DNA of 63,103 nucleotides from Acidimicrobiia bacterium (GTDB taxonomy: Bacteria; Actinomycetota; Acidimicrobiia; Spongiisociales; UBA5794): the NCBI GenBank assembly GCA_032127155.1, contig JAQAZV010000063.1, positions 1 to 63,103 on the forward strand, written 5' to 3'. Under the pieces are notes generated by a model. It did not search any database and was not told the origin of the DNA. It saw only the letters and a list, made by a program, of their open reading frames with translations. The position numbers were made by a program, and so were the translations under genes. Below, piece by piece: positions 28,374 through 37,498 of the stretch; position 1 is the stretch's first letter; the number at the start of each line of letters is the position of its first letter.

Positions 28374-29147
28374 TCACTTATAGGCGGGTTCGATGAATCG
28401 GTTCCTCAGGCTCATCACTGCCTTGGTGTGGATCTGGCAGATCCGAGATTCCGTCACGTTCAGGACGCCACCGATCTCTGCGAGCGTGAGACCTTCGTAG
28501 TAATAGAGGGTGAGCACGAGACGTTCGCGATCCGGCAAGCGGTTGATCGAATCGGCGAGGAGGTACCGGGTCTCCTCCTTCTCGTAGCTCCCCGATGGAT
28601 CGATCGCCTTCGGATCGGCGATCATCTCGCTCATGGCACCGGACTCACGTTCGGAGGGATTGAGGAGCTCGTCGAGGGCGACGAAGCCGAGATTGGCGAT
28701 CTCGCCCAGGTGATCCCGAAGGGTGTCCACAGGAACTTCCATTGCTTCGGCCACTTCCTCTTCCGAGGGGGTCCTGAGCATGCGGTGCTCGAGTTCAGCC
28801 ATGGTGCGTTGAATCTCGCGCGCACGCGATCGCACGGACCTCGGTACCCAGTCGAGGGCTCGGAGTTCGTCGAGGATTGCTCCTTTGATCCGATTCACCG
28901 CGTAGGTCTCGAACTTGAATCCGCGCTCTGGTTCGAACTTGTCGACAGCGTCGATCAGGCCGAATGTTCCGAATGAGACCAGGTCAGACTGATCGACGTT
29001 CTTCGGAAGACCCGAGCCGACACGACCCGCCACGTACTTGACGAGCGCCGAGTAGTGAAGGATGAGACCTTCCCTGGCGCGTTCGTCACCGGTCGACTTG
29101 AACGACGCCCAAAGGTCGTCGAGCTCCTGTGAACCGCGTTCAGGCAC
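28374..29147 (-). CDS. whiG: FliA/WhiG-family (sigma-28 type) RNA polymerase sigma factor
   Basis: 257 aa with sigma-70 regions 2, 3 and 4 (FETYAVNRIKGAILDELR, LTLAEIGGVLNVTESRICQIH). It lies between xerC and rpsB, as in other actinobacteria. Confidence 0.85.
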   Translation of the reverse strand: MPERGSQELDDLWASFKSTGDERAREGLILHYSALVKYVAGRVGSGLPKNVDQSDLVSFGTFGLIDAVDKFEPERGFKFETYAVNRIKGAILDELRALDWVPRSVRSRAREIQRTMAELEHRMLRTPSEEEVAEAMEVPVDTLRDHLGEIANLGFVALDELLNPSERESGAMSEMIADPKAIDPSGSYEKEETRYLLADSINRLPDRERLVLTLYYYEGLTLAEIGGVLNVTESRICQIHTKAVMSLRNRFIEPAYK

Positions 29148-30018
29148 GTGGATGACTTCTTTCGTAGGTCTCGGTCATGTGTCGTCGAGTGACGGCAGTG
29201 TATATCTGCGTCGTTGCGAGCTCGGAATGTCCGAGCAAGTCCTGGACGGAACGCAGGTCCGCACCGTTCTCCAGGAGGTGCGTAGCGTACGAGTGGCGCA
29301 GCGCATGTGGGAACGATCCAATGCGACCACGCACGATCCGTCGGATTCCCCTCGTATCGAGAGCCCTCCCCCTCGCACCGACCCACAGCGCATTCCCGGC
29401 CTCCGGGCCCACCAAGTCGGGCCTGCCCAACTCGACGTACGCGGCGATCGCTCGCGCCGCGGAGCCAGTCAGGGGAATGGATCGCTCCTTGCTTCCCTTC
29501 CCCATCACCGTGAGGAAGCGTCGACCTACCACGTCGGACACGGTGAGCGAGGCGAGCTCAGACACGCGAAGACCCGCGCCGTACAACGTCTCGAGAATCG
29601 CACGATCCCTCAGATCGACGGGATCTATCGCGTCGATCGAATCGAGGGCGACGGAGAGCGCACCAGAGGGAATGGAGCGCGGCAGTGAGCGCGGACGCTT
29701 CGGCAGGGGAATCGTCGCGGCCGGGTTCCCGGGAATGACCCCCCTCCTTGCGGCATCCTCCAGGAAGGTCCTCACCGAGGACGCCTTTCGGTTGAGGCTG
29801 CGGGGTGCGTAGCCGCGGGTCGAGAGGTTTGCGAGGAACTTCCTCACCGTGCGACGATCGACATCGTCCAGACGTTCGATGCCGAGGCGCCCGGCGAACC
29901 GGGCAAAGCCGGCGAGGTCGCGTCCATAGGCATCAAGCGTGTGCGGCGACAGGCCCCGTTCGATGCGCGCGCGCTCGAGGTAATCACCGACCGCCTCGGC
30001 GATCGTCGGTGTCTCCAT
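29140..30018 (-). CDS. xerC: Tyrosine recombinase XerC/XerD
   Basis: 292 aa with catalytic R..HxLRHSYATHLL..Y motifs and chromosomal dif-recombinase context. It is not an island integrase. Confidence 0.9.
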   Translation of the reverse strand: METPTIAEAVGDYLERARIERGLSPHTLDAYGRDLAGFARFAGRLGIERLDDVDRRTVRKFLANLSTRGYAPRSLNRKASSVRTFLEDAARRGVIPGNPAATIPLPKRPRSLPRSIPSGALSVALDSIDAIDPVDLRDRAILETLYGAGLRVSELASLTVSDVVGRRFLTVMGKGSKERSIPLTGSAARAIAAYVELGRPDLVGPEAGNALWVGARGRALDTRGIRRIVRGRIGSFPHALRHSYATHLLENGADLRSVQDLLGHSELATTQIYTAVTRRHMTETYERSHPRA

Positions 30019-30066
30019 CTGCCCATGCTGGTCGTATTCGCATCAACCGTCAACGATACGAACGAC

Positions 30067-30927
30067 CTATACCCGCATATCGACGATCGGTGTGATCAGG
30101 TCGAGGGTCTGCCGCAGGTCATCTGCACCAAAGATGGGAAACGCACCGTCACGAATCAGCTGGTTCGTGCCGACCGACGCCGACCGATCGATGTCCCCCG
30201 GCGGCGCAAACACCGGTACACCGTAATCCACGGCGATCCTCGCGGTGATGAGTGCTCCTCCTGTTTCGCCAGCCTCCACGACGACCACGGCATCGGCGCA
30301 ACCAGCGATGATGCGGTTCCGCGTGGGGAAGCGCCAGCCGTCGGGACGTGTTCCTGGGGGATACTCCGAGACGACCGCACCACCTCCGTCCACGATTTCC
30401 GAAAGGAGGTGGGCATGTTCCCGCGGGTAGGTCACGTCGATGCCCGATCCCAGGATGGCGACACAGGTTCCCCCAGCCGTGGCGGCGCCGACATGGGCCG
30501 CGTAGTCGATACCACGCGCCAGTCCGCTCACGACGATCCATCCTGCTTCTGCAGCCGTCGCACCATACGCCTCGGCAAGCTCCCTTCCATACGCGGTGCA
30601 CGCTCTTGTTCCCACTATGGCCAACGAGGGGCGATCGGGGATGTCGCCGATCGTGAAGATCCATCGAGGCGAACCGGGAAATCGATCCAGACGCATGGGA
30701 TAGCGTGGGGAACCCCTCGGCACGAAGACGGCGCCACAGGCTGCCAGCTTCGATCGACGCACAGCAGCCTCGACAGCTGCCTCGGAGATGATGTGGTCGC
30801 TGACGTTCGCATCGCCCCTGTCGATCGCCCTCAGGACATTCGGAACCGTCCCGAACGTCGCCAGCAACGTGTCGACTCGCCGAGGAGCCAGGCCGCAGAA
30901 GGCCAGCCGAAGCAAGGCATCAGACAT
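30067..30927 (-). CDS. dprA: DNA-processing protein DprA
   Basis: Rossmann-like DprA core (IVGTRACTAYG...VVSGLARGID...). ATG 30927 overlaps the comM stop. Confidence 0.88.
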   Translation of the reverse strand: MSDALLRLAFCGLAPRRVDTLLATFGTVPNVLRAIDRGDANVSDHIISEAAVEAAVRRSKLAACGAVFVPRGSPRYPMRLDRFPGSPRWIFTIGDIPDRPSLAIVGTRACTAYGRELAEAYGATAAEAGWIVVSGLARGIDYAAHVGAATAGGTCVAILGSGIDVTYPREHAHLLSEIVDGGGAVVSEYPPGTRPDGWRFPTRNRIIAGCADAVVVVEAGETGGALITARIAVDYGVPVFAPPGDIDRSASVGTNQLIRDGAFPIFGADDLRQTLDLITPIVDMRV

Positions 30928-32389
30928 CACGACCACCTCGCAGTTCCAGGGCTTCGACGACATGGCTCGAGGAAACCGAGTCAGCACCCGCCATGTCGGC
31001 GATCGTTCGAGCTACCCGTCGAACACGATCCCAACCCCTGGCACTCGAGCCAGTCGTCCCTATCCCGTCGACCAGGGCACGCATCGCAGACGGATTGAAC
31101 GAGAGGTCGTCGAGCTCTGATCCGTTGAGGTGTGCGTTGAGCGACCCTCTCACGTGTTGCCGACTCCTTGCTGCGACGACACGAGCCCGCACCGATGAGG
31201 ATCGTTCCCCTCCCGGCCCTCGGAGATCGTCGATATTCACGGGATCGACCCGCAACCGGAGGTCGAAGCGGTCCAGGAGCGGACCCGACAGTCGTTGCCG
31301 ATACCGATCCTTGCGGTGTTCGGTGCACGTGCACGGATCGCGGCGGTCGCCAGCGTATCCGCACGGGCAGGGGTTCGTCGCAGCGATCACCTGCACCCGA
31401 GCGGGGAATCTGATGGACTCAGCTGATCGCGCAATCGTGACCACGCCGTCCTCGATTGGCTGGCGTAGGGCGTCGAGGGTCGCTGGGGGGTACTCCCCGA
31501 GCTCATCGAGAAAGAGAACACCACGATGGGCAAGCGACACCTCTCCCGCACGCGGGACACCGATACCACCTCCGACCAGCGCCGGAAGGGAGGACGAGTG
31601 GTGCGGCGAGCGGAATGGAGGGACGAGGCTGAAGGGTCGATCGCGTCCACTCGTCGCCCAGATGAGTGCCACCTCCCGCTCATGTTCATCCGTCAGATCG
31701 GGGAGGATCCCGGGCAGGCAGCGCGCCAGAAGTGTCTTGCCTGCCCCAGGCGGACCCTTCAAGAGCAGATGGTGGCCACCTGCCGCAGCGATCTCGAGAG
31801 CGCGCCTCGCACGCTCCTGCCCCCGAACCGAGCCAAGATCGGTTGGTGTGGAAGTGACCTGCTCGGTTGGTTCCATGTCCCTGGGCGTTGCCCTACCCCT
31901 GGCAATCGAAACCGCCTCCGCCAGGGTTGCCACGGGCGCCACTGAGGACGCATCTCCCGGACGCAAGGACGAGCGATGCGAAACCAGGCAGGTCTTGCCG
32001 GCTCGACGTGCGACATCCACGGCAGCCAACGCTGCCCGAACCGGCCTCACCTCCCCGTCGAGCGATAGTTCGCCAACGGCGACATAGCCACCGAAGTCCA
32101 GGGGCGCCTCGAACGCCGTCGACAGGATCGATAGTGCTATCGGGAGGTCGTAGGTCGAACCCACTTTCGGGATGTCGGCTGGCGACAGGTTGACGACGAC
32201 TTTCCCCGACGGGAACGTGAAGCCCTGGTGGTTCACTGCCGAACGGACGCGCTCGCGCGACTCGCGAACCGCAGCGTCTGGTAGACCCACGATGACGAAC
32301 GAGGGCCTCCCACCCGCGACCGTCGTCTCGATGAGGACGGGGCGTGGCTCCACCCCGACCATGGCGCATGAAGTGACCGTCGAATACAT
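30920..32389 (-). CDS. comM: YifB/ComM family Mg-chelatase-like AAA+ ATPase
   Basis: Lon-like N-terminal domain plus an AAA+ module (LLLKGPPGAGKT). The start is trimmed to ATG 32389. Confidence 0.9.
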   Translation of the reverse strand: MYSTVTSCAMVGVEPRPVLIETTVAGGRPSFVIVGLPDAAVRESRERVRSAVNHQGFTFPSGKVVVNLSPADIPKVGSTYDLPIALSILSTAFEAPLDFGGYVAVGELSLDGEVRPVRAALAAVDVARRAGKTCLVSHRSSLRPGDASSVAPVATLAEAVSIARGRATPRDMEPTEQVTSTPTDLGSVRGQERARRALEIAAAGGHHLLLKGPPGAGKTLLARCLPGILPDLTDEHEREVALIWATSGRDRPFSLVPPFRSPHHSSSLPALVGGGIGVPRAGEVSLAHRGVLFLDELGEYPPATLDALRQPIEDGVVTIARSAESIRFPARVQVIAATNPCPCGYAGDRRDPCTCTEHRKDRYRQRLSGPLLDRFDLRLRVDPVNIDDLRGPGGERSSSVRARVVAARSRQHVRGSLNAHLNGSELDDLSFNPSAMRALVDGIGTTGSSARGWDRVRRVARTIADMAGADSVSSSHVVEALELRGGRDV

Positions 32390-32481
32390 ATCGACACCGT
32401 ATGCCCCTGGTATGACACCACCACCGCACCCCAACCCCGCCAGCAGCGGGGCTGGTCGCCCAGCGTCGGTACCGTTGGGTC

Positions 32482-32787
32482 ATGTCGACGTTCCTTCTCG
32501 CCATTGCGGTACTCGGTGTGCTCACCGTCGTAGCCGTCGTGGTCCACCTGATCCTCACGTACGCGGATCACCGAGGTTGGGTCTACTACCGAAATCCCCA
32601 TCGGCAGGCGCCCCGATCGGTCGGATTGCTCGAGGAGATCTACCAACCATCGATCTCCCACGTCATCGAAGAAGAAGCCGGAGCCGAATCGCGTGCCGAC
32701 GTTTCAGAGTCCGGGGATCCGGAGGCACCCGAATCGCTGCGGCCCCCTGTCAGCGACCGAGAAAGCGAGGAGGGCGCTTCTCCATGA
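32482..32787 (+). CDS. Small membrane protein with an acidic tail, unknown function
   Basis: 101 aa with an N-terminal TM segment (FLLAIAVLGVLTVVAVVV). Convergent with the hydratase gene, overlapping it by 38 nt. Confidence 0.4.
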   Translation: MSTFLLAIAVLGVLTVVAVVVHLILTYADHRGWVYYRNPHRQAPRSVGLLEEIYQPSISHVIEEEAGAESRADVSESGDPEAPESLRPPVSDRESEEGASP

Positions 32788-33532
32788 ATGACGCTGCCCC
32801 TTCTTTCAGGTCCTCGGAGGCGAGAAGGATGGCCTGGGCGTGCTCCTCGAAGGCAAGCGCCTGCTCGAAGGTCATCGTCGATGAACGATCCAGCGCACGC
32901 TTGATGACGGCCTGCGCCAGCGGCGCACCATCCGCCAGCTGAGCGCCGAGTTCCTGCACCCTCTCCTCGAGGTCGCCCGGTTCGACCACCTCACTCACGA
33001 GGCCCATGTCGAGGGCTTCCGCTGCACCGAACACCCTGCCTGTGAGCGCAAGCTCGCGCGCGCGTGCGAGGCCAACAAGACGAGGAAGCAACCAGGTTCC
33101 GCCGAAGTCAAGTGTCAGTCCTCGCTTGACGAAGATCTCTGCGAAGCGAGCGCGGGTTGATGCCACCACGATGTCGCATCCGATGGCAAGATTCATCCCT
33201 GCCCCGACGGCGACCCCGTCCACGGCTGCGATGGTGGGCTTTGGGATCCGATGAAGGGCAAGTGCCGCACGATTGACGGTGCCACGCATCCGCTCCGCAT
33301 TGTCCGCAGTACTCGGGGTGTCGCTTCCGGTCGCCCCCATTTCCGCCCCTGCGCAGAAGTCCCCGTCCGCGCCGGTGACGATGAGCACCCGCTGCTCCGA
33401 GGCTGCAAAGTCATCGAAGGCGGAGGCGAGTTCGGCCCACCCGTGGCGCGGGGCCGCGTTCATCCGACCAGGGGACGACATCGTCAACCTGCGGATCGGT
33501 CCGGTGTCTTCGGCGTTCACGAACCTATTCAT
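32750..33532 (-). CDS. Enoyl-CoA hydratase/isomerase (crotonase) family protein
   Basis: 260 aa with the crotonase fold pattern (VTGADGDFCAGAEM...AAVDGVAVGAGMNLA). Confidence 0.85.
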   Translation of the reverse strand: MNRFVNAEDTGPIRRLTMSSPGRMNAAPRHGWAELASAFDDFAASEQRVLIVTGADGDFCAGAEMGATGSDTPSTADNAERMRGTVNRAALALHRIPKPTIAAVDGVAVGAGMNLAIGCDIVVASTRARFAEIFVKRGLTLDFGGTWLLPRLVGLARARELALTGRVFGAAEALDMGLVSEVVEPGDLEERVQELGAQLADGAPLAQAVIKRALDRSSTMTFEQALAFEEHAQAILLASEDLKEGAASFMEKRPPRFLGR

Positions 33533-33603
33533 CGTCGGCCAGCGTACCGCCCACCCCTGCCGCAGACACAGGAATCGGCTGATGTCGATCTAACCTTGCA
33601 GCC

Positions 33604-33855
33604 ATGTTCGATGCCCCGGTAACGCCAATCGATGAGCGAATGACTGGTCTCGACGACGAAGTCGTGAGCCCGATCCAGCCCTATCAGGCGCGGAAGAAGT
33701 ACCTGTGTCCGGGATGTGAGAGCGACATCGAAGCGGGGGTGGGGCACCTCGTCGTTGTGCCAACGGAGAGTCCGGACCTGAGACGTCATTGGCACCGAGG
33801 GTGTTGGTACAAGGAGCGACGTCGCCGAGGCGACCACCGATCGACCACGACCTGA
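33604..33855 (+). CDS. Small Cys/His zinc-ribbon-like protein, unknown function
   Basis: 83 aa. CPGC at residues 35-38 plus HWHRGC, and a basic C-terminus. Confidence 0.45.
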   Translation: MFDAPVTPIDERMTGLDDEVVSPIQPYQARKKYLCPGCESDIEAGVGHLVVVPTESPDLRRHWHRGCWYKERRRRGDHRSTTT

Positions 33856-33864
33856 CTCGCCGCG

Positions 33865-34233
33865 TCACTCGACGTCGCGAAGCCAGCGAATTGTCGCTCC
33901 GGATCGATTCAGCTGAACGGAGACGATGTCGATGCGAACGATGCGCTGTCGGTACCCGGAAGCCGCCCGCTCGAGGTTCGCGAACTTCTCCTCATCCACC
34001 GCAAGCAGCGGGTCATCACCCGTTGTCGTGCACTTCACCTCGACCGCCACGACATCTGCACCATCCCTGACGACGAGATCGATTTCGTCCGACCCCACCC
34101 GCACGTTCCGACCGATGATGTTGCAGCCACGATCCTCGAGGAATCGAGCTGCGATGGCCTCGCCCCTTGCACCAATCTGTCGTGGGAGTGTGCGACGGTC
34201 CATGGTCGCCACGCTATGCCGTCGAAGTGACAC
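33865..34233 (-). CDS. yraN: YraN family (UPF0102) endonuclease-like protein
   Basis: 122 aa (GEAIAARFLEDRGCNIIGRNVR...GSDEIDLVV...VEVK). Confidence 0.85.
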   Translation of the reverse strand: MSLRRHSVATMDRRTLPRQIGARGEAIAARFLEDRGCNIIGRNVRVGSDEIDLVVRDGADVVAVEVKCTTTGDDPLLAVDEEKFANLERAASGYRQRIVRIDIVSVQLNRSGATIRWLRDVE

Positions 34234-34274
34234 GCCACACGAGCCGCCTTTGGGGGTCGGTCACACCAGAGGAC

Positions 34275-34973
34275 TCAGAGCCCGCTCCAGCTGCCTGGCG
34301 GCCAGATGATGACGAAGGCCCTGCCAACGACGTCCTCGGCAGGGATGGGACCGAAGAAGCGAGAATCCTGGCTCGCAGCTCGGTTGTCGCCCATGACGAA
34401 CAGCTGATCGGGGGGCACCACGACCGGTCCGAATGGCGGGATGACGTATGCAAGGTCCTTCAGATAGGGCTCATCGAGCGCAATCCCGTTGACGTAGACG
34501 CGGCCGTCCTTGCCTTCGATGATGTCTCCGGGAAGCCCGATCACCCGCTTGATGAACTCCGAACGAGGTGTCGCGAGGCCGATCGACTCGAATACATTGC
34601 GTGTCGCGCTCCCGAGGAAGGACTCGTCTGGTTCCTGAAAGCCGCCGCGGGGGTCGTCGAACACGATGACGTCGCCACGACCGATGTCGCCAAACCGATA
34701 TGTCAGCTTGTTGACGAGCACTCGATCATTGATGTTGAGCGTGTCTTCCATCGACGAGGAAGGTATGTAGAAGGCCTGGAAGAGGAACGTCTTGATCAGG
34801 ATCGCAACCCCGAGAGCGATGACGATGAGGATCGGGAATTCAACCCAGAACGGGATCTGCTTCTTGCCCTCGGTCGCGGTATCCGAGCCATCGGGGGCGT
34901 GCGGCGTCGGATCGTCGTCTGGAGCCCGATCGGAGATGGGATCCACGTCAGGTGAAGTCACGGGAGGAACCAT
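34275..34973 (-). CDS. lepB: Signal peptidase I
   Basis: SSSMEDTL (Ser box) and GDNRAASQDSR boxes, with an N-terminal TM segment. Confidence 0.92.
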   Translation of the reverse strand: MVPPVTSPDVDPISDRAPDDDPTPHAPDGSDTATEGKKQIPFWVEFPILIVIALGVAILIKTFLFQAFYIPSSSMEDTLNINDRVLVNKLTYRFGDIGRGDVIVFDDPRGGFQEPDESFLGSATRNVFESIGLATPRSEFIKRVIGLPGDIIEGKDGRVYVNGIALDEPYLKDLAYVIPPFGPVVVPPDQLFVMGDNRAASQDSRFFGPIPAEDVVGRAFVIIWPPGSWSGL

Positions 34974-34982
34974 ACCGGCTCA

Positions 34983-35651
34983 TCAGAGGAACCCAGCGGA
35001 GGGATCAGCCACATGGTCCCTTCCACCGAGGTAGTCGTACCACAGCATCCGAGCGGCCGCTGATCGGTATGGTGCCCACGCCTCGGCCATCGCATCTGCG
35101 GTGGTCTTGTCAGGAACGCTTGGCAGGTCGAGGTTCCGCCCGAGGGAGACATACAACGCTCGGTCGCCGGTGGGCCAGATGTCGGGCAAGCCGAGCGCAA
35201 AGATCTGGAAACAGGCGATGGTCCACGGGCCGATCCCCTTCACCTCTGCGAGGCTGGCTGCCGCGCTGTCAGGACGGGACGCGATGTCCTCGAACGAGAG
35301 CGTCCCCTCGACGACCCGAGAGGCGAGGCCCCGCACGTAGGAGGTCTTCTGTCGTGAGAACCCATCCTTCCTCAGATCCCCATCCGACGATGCGAGGACT
35401 GCCTCGGGACCGACGGGACCGACTCGTGTCTCCAATCGTCGATAGGCGGCTGCTGCTGATGCCAGGGAGACCTGTTGTTCGAGGATCAACCTGACGAGCG
35501 TCTCGAACGATGGCTCGCGGCGCCATGCGGGCGATGGACCGTTCCTTGCGAGGAGCTCGGCGAACAGTGGGTCACGCTCAGCGAGACGATCGGCATCGGA
35601 TCCCGGGTTCCTGGATGGATGCCGGGGAACGACAGAGGCCGACCCGCTCAT
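34983..35651 (-). CDS. HhH-GPD DNA glycosylase (AlkA / 3-methyladenine glycosylase II-like)
   Basis: 222 aa with helix-hairpin-helix LAEVKGIGPWTIACF and a downstream catalytic Asp context (WPTGDRAL). Confidence 0.8.
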   Translation of the reverse strand: MSGSASVVPRHPSRNPGSDADRLAERDPLFAELLARNGPSPAWRREPSFETLVRLILEQQVSLASAAAAYRRLETRVGPVGPEAVLASSDGDLRKDGFSRQKTSYVRGLASRVVEGTLSFEDIASRPDSAAASLAEVKGIGPWTIACFQIFALGLPDIWPTGDRALYVSLGRNLDLPSVPDKTTADAMAEAWAPYRSAAARMLWYDYLGGRDHVADPSAGFL

Positions 35652-35690
35652 GCGGATCGGCCTCGTAGATCTCGATGCGACCCCATCGGG

Positions 35691-36038
35691 CTAGTCGCGC
35701 TTCTCCTTGATGCGAGTCGCCTTGCCGACACGATCGCGCAGGTAATACAGCTTGGCTCGCCTGACGTCGCCGCGCCTCGCGACCTCGAGCGACTGGATGA
35801 TCGGGGAGTGCAGCGGGAAGATGCGCTCAACGCCCACTCCGAAGCTCAACTTGCGAACGGTGAACGTTGCGCGGGAGCCGCTTCCGCCGTTCCTCGCTAT
35901 GACCACGCCTTCATAGACCTGGACACGCTCACGGCCAGCTTCGATGACACGTACGTGAACACGAAGGGTGTCGCCGGGACCGAAGTCCGGGATGTCGTCG
36001 CGAAGCTGGGCAGCCTCGATCTGTTCGATCGTATTCAC
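35691..36038 (-). CDS. rplS: 50S ribosomal protein L19
   Basis: 115 aa ([30 protein letters not shown]...). Confidence 0.97.
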   Translation of the reverse strand: MNTIEQIEAAQLRDDIPDFGPGDTLRVHVRVIEAGRERVQVYEGVVIARNGGSGSRATFTVRKLSFGVGVERIFPLHSPIIQSLEVARRGDVRRAKLYYLRDRVGKATRIKEKRD

Positions 36039-36116
36039 GGGATCCTCCGAAACAAAGACAAGGGGGTCGATGCGAGACGAGATTCTAGACGAGGGTGTTC
36101 GCTAAACGCCCCACCG

Positions 36117-36785
36117 TCAGGCGTCGTCCAGCAGGTCTGGGCGACGCGATTGCGTTCGGATCCGACGCTGCTCGGCCCTCCACTCTGCGATGCGTGCGTG
36201 GTCACCCGAGACGAGCACATCGGGAACCTGCCATCCGCGGAAGTCGGCAGGACGGGTGTACTGGGGTTCCTCCAGCTGATTGTCCCTGAAGCTTTCGTGC
36301 TCCGTCGACGCGGGGTTGCCGACCACGCCGGGCAGCAGCCTCGTCACTCCCTCGATCAGAGCGACAGCGGCAACTTCTCCGCCGAGAACCACGAAGTCTC
36401 CCAGTGAGATCTCTTCATCGATGAGGTGATCGATGACCCGCTGGTCCACGCCCTCGTATCGCCCGCAGACGAGGGTCAGTTCGTCCATCAGCGCCAGCCG
36501 ATCCAATGTGGCCTGTGTCAGAGGGGTTCCGCTCGGTGTGAAGAAGATTCGGTGTGTGTGCGCCAACGGGTCGAGCGTGACAGCGAGCGGTTCCACCATC
36601 ATCACCATCCCGGCACCACCCCCGTAGGGAGCGTCGTCCACCTGGCGGTGGACACCGGTGGCATGGTCCCTGGGATCGTGCACGTCGATGTTGAGTCGAT
36701 CGTCGGCGATCGCTCGCCCCACGAGAGAGACCGACAGCGGCGATGCGAAGAACTCGGGGAAGATCGTCACGAGGTTGATACGCAT
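36117..36785 (-). CDS. trmD: tRNA (guanine37-N1)-methyltransferase
   Basis: 222 aa (MRINLVTIFPEFF...YGGGAGMVM...). Confidence 0.95.
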   Translation of the reverse strand: MRINLVTIFPEFFASPLSVSLVGRAIADDRLNIDVHDPRDHATGVHRQVDDAPYGGGAGMVMMVEPLAVTLDPLAHTHRIFFTPSGTPLTQATLDRLALMDELTLVCGRYEGVDQRVIDHLIDEEISLGDFVVLGGEVAAVALIEGVTRLLPGVVGNPASTEHESFRDNQLEEPQYTRPADFRGWQVPDVLVSGDHARIAEWRAEQRRIRTQSRRPDLLDDA

Positions 36786-36796
36786 GGGCGACCCGA

Positions 36797-37393
36797 TCAG
36801 CTGGCGCGCAGGGCAGATACGAGAATATCGGCCGTGCTGGCGGCGATCTCGCCGACCTCAGCGGCAGGGTTCCTCGAGTCCATGACGACCTTGCCCCCCG
36901 TCATGATGATCTGTTCCATCATCCGTCCTGCAAGCTCAGGCGGTATGGGACGGAAGATCCCAGAGGTCACGCCCGAGCGGTAGATCGATGCGAACTCGTT
37001 CGCGATCCCGCCGTGGGCATCGGCGATCGCTCGTTGTGCCTCGGGTGAGAGCCGTGGCACCTCCGTGTGGAGGATGAGGCCGATGTGGTCGGTCCCAACG
37101 AATTCGACCATCCGATATCCGAGCTGATGCAAGCGATCATCCGGAGCAAGACCGGAATCGACCGATTGGAGGATCTCGACGGTGAGAGGAGGGAGGTCCC
37201 GCTTCACGAGGGCGATCAGCAGGTCCTCCTTGGAGGCGAAGTGCTCGTAGAACGTGGTCCTGCCCATTCCGACGGCGGCAGTGATGTCGGCGTGCGACAT
37301 GTTCGCGTAGCCGATCTCCGCAATGAGGCCCTTCGCGGCATCGAGCATGGCATCGCGGGTCGAGATCGACGGGGTCCGAGTCGCCATGGCCAT
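36797..37393 (-). CDS. TetR/AcrR family transcriptional regulator
   Basis: N-terminal HTH (MLDAAKGLIAEIGYANMSHADITAAVGMGRTTFYEHFASKEDLL). Divergent from the ABC importer operon. Confidence 0.88.
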   Translation of the reverse strand: MAMATRTPSISTRDAMLDAAKGLIAEIGYANMSHADITAAVGMGRTTFYEHFASKEDLLIALVKRDLPPLTVEILQSVDSGLAPDDRLHQLGYRMVEFVGTDHIGLILHTEVPRLSPEAQRAIADAHGGIANEFASIYRSGVTSGIFRPIPPELAGRMMEQIIMTGGKVVMDSRNPAAEVGEIAASTADILVSALRAS

Positions 37394-37498
37394 CAGGCTA
37401 ACGAAGAATGTGAACCGACTCGTTGTCGGATCCGCTTCGTCGTAGTGTCTGGCGCGATCGAGCCCGCAGTGGTGAGCCGATGGACATGAGGACCTCTG

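Noticed and set aside
28374-29147. A WhiG/FliA sigma factor as a hint of a flagellar or chemotaxis island
   Set aside because: No flagellar, chemotaxis or sporulation genes are in the window. The gene sits in the conserved xerC-rpsB slot seen in non-motile actinobacteria, so this is ordinary backbone.
37396-37407. AGGCTAAC, which matches 8 central bases of the IdeR/DtxR iron box, next to the iron-chelate-type ABC operon
   Set aside because: Only a half-site matches and the left arm of the 19-bp box is absent. It overlaps the tetR start codon region. This is insufficient evidence.
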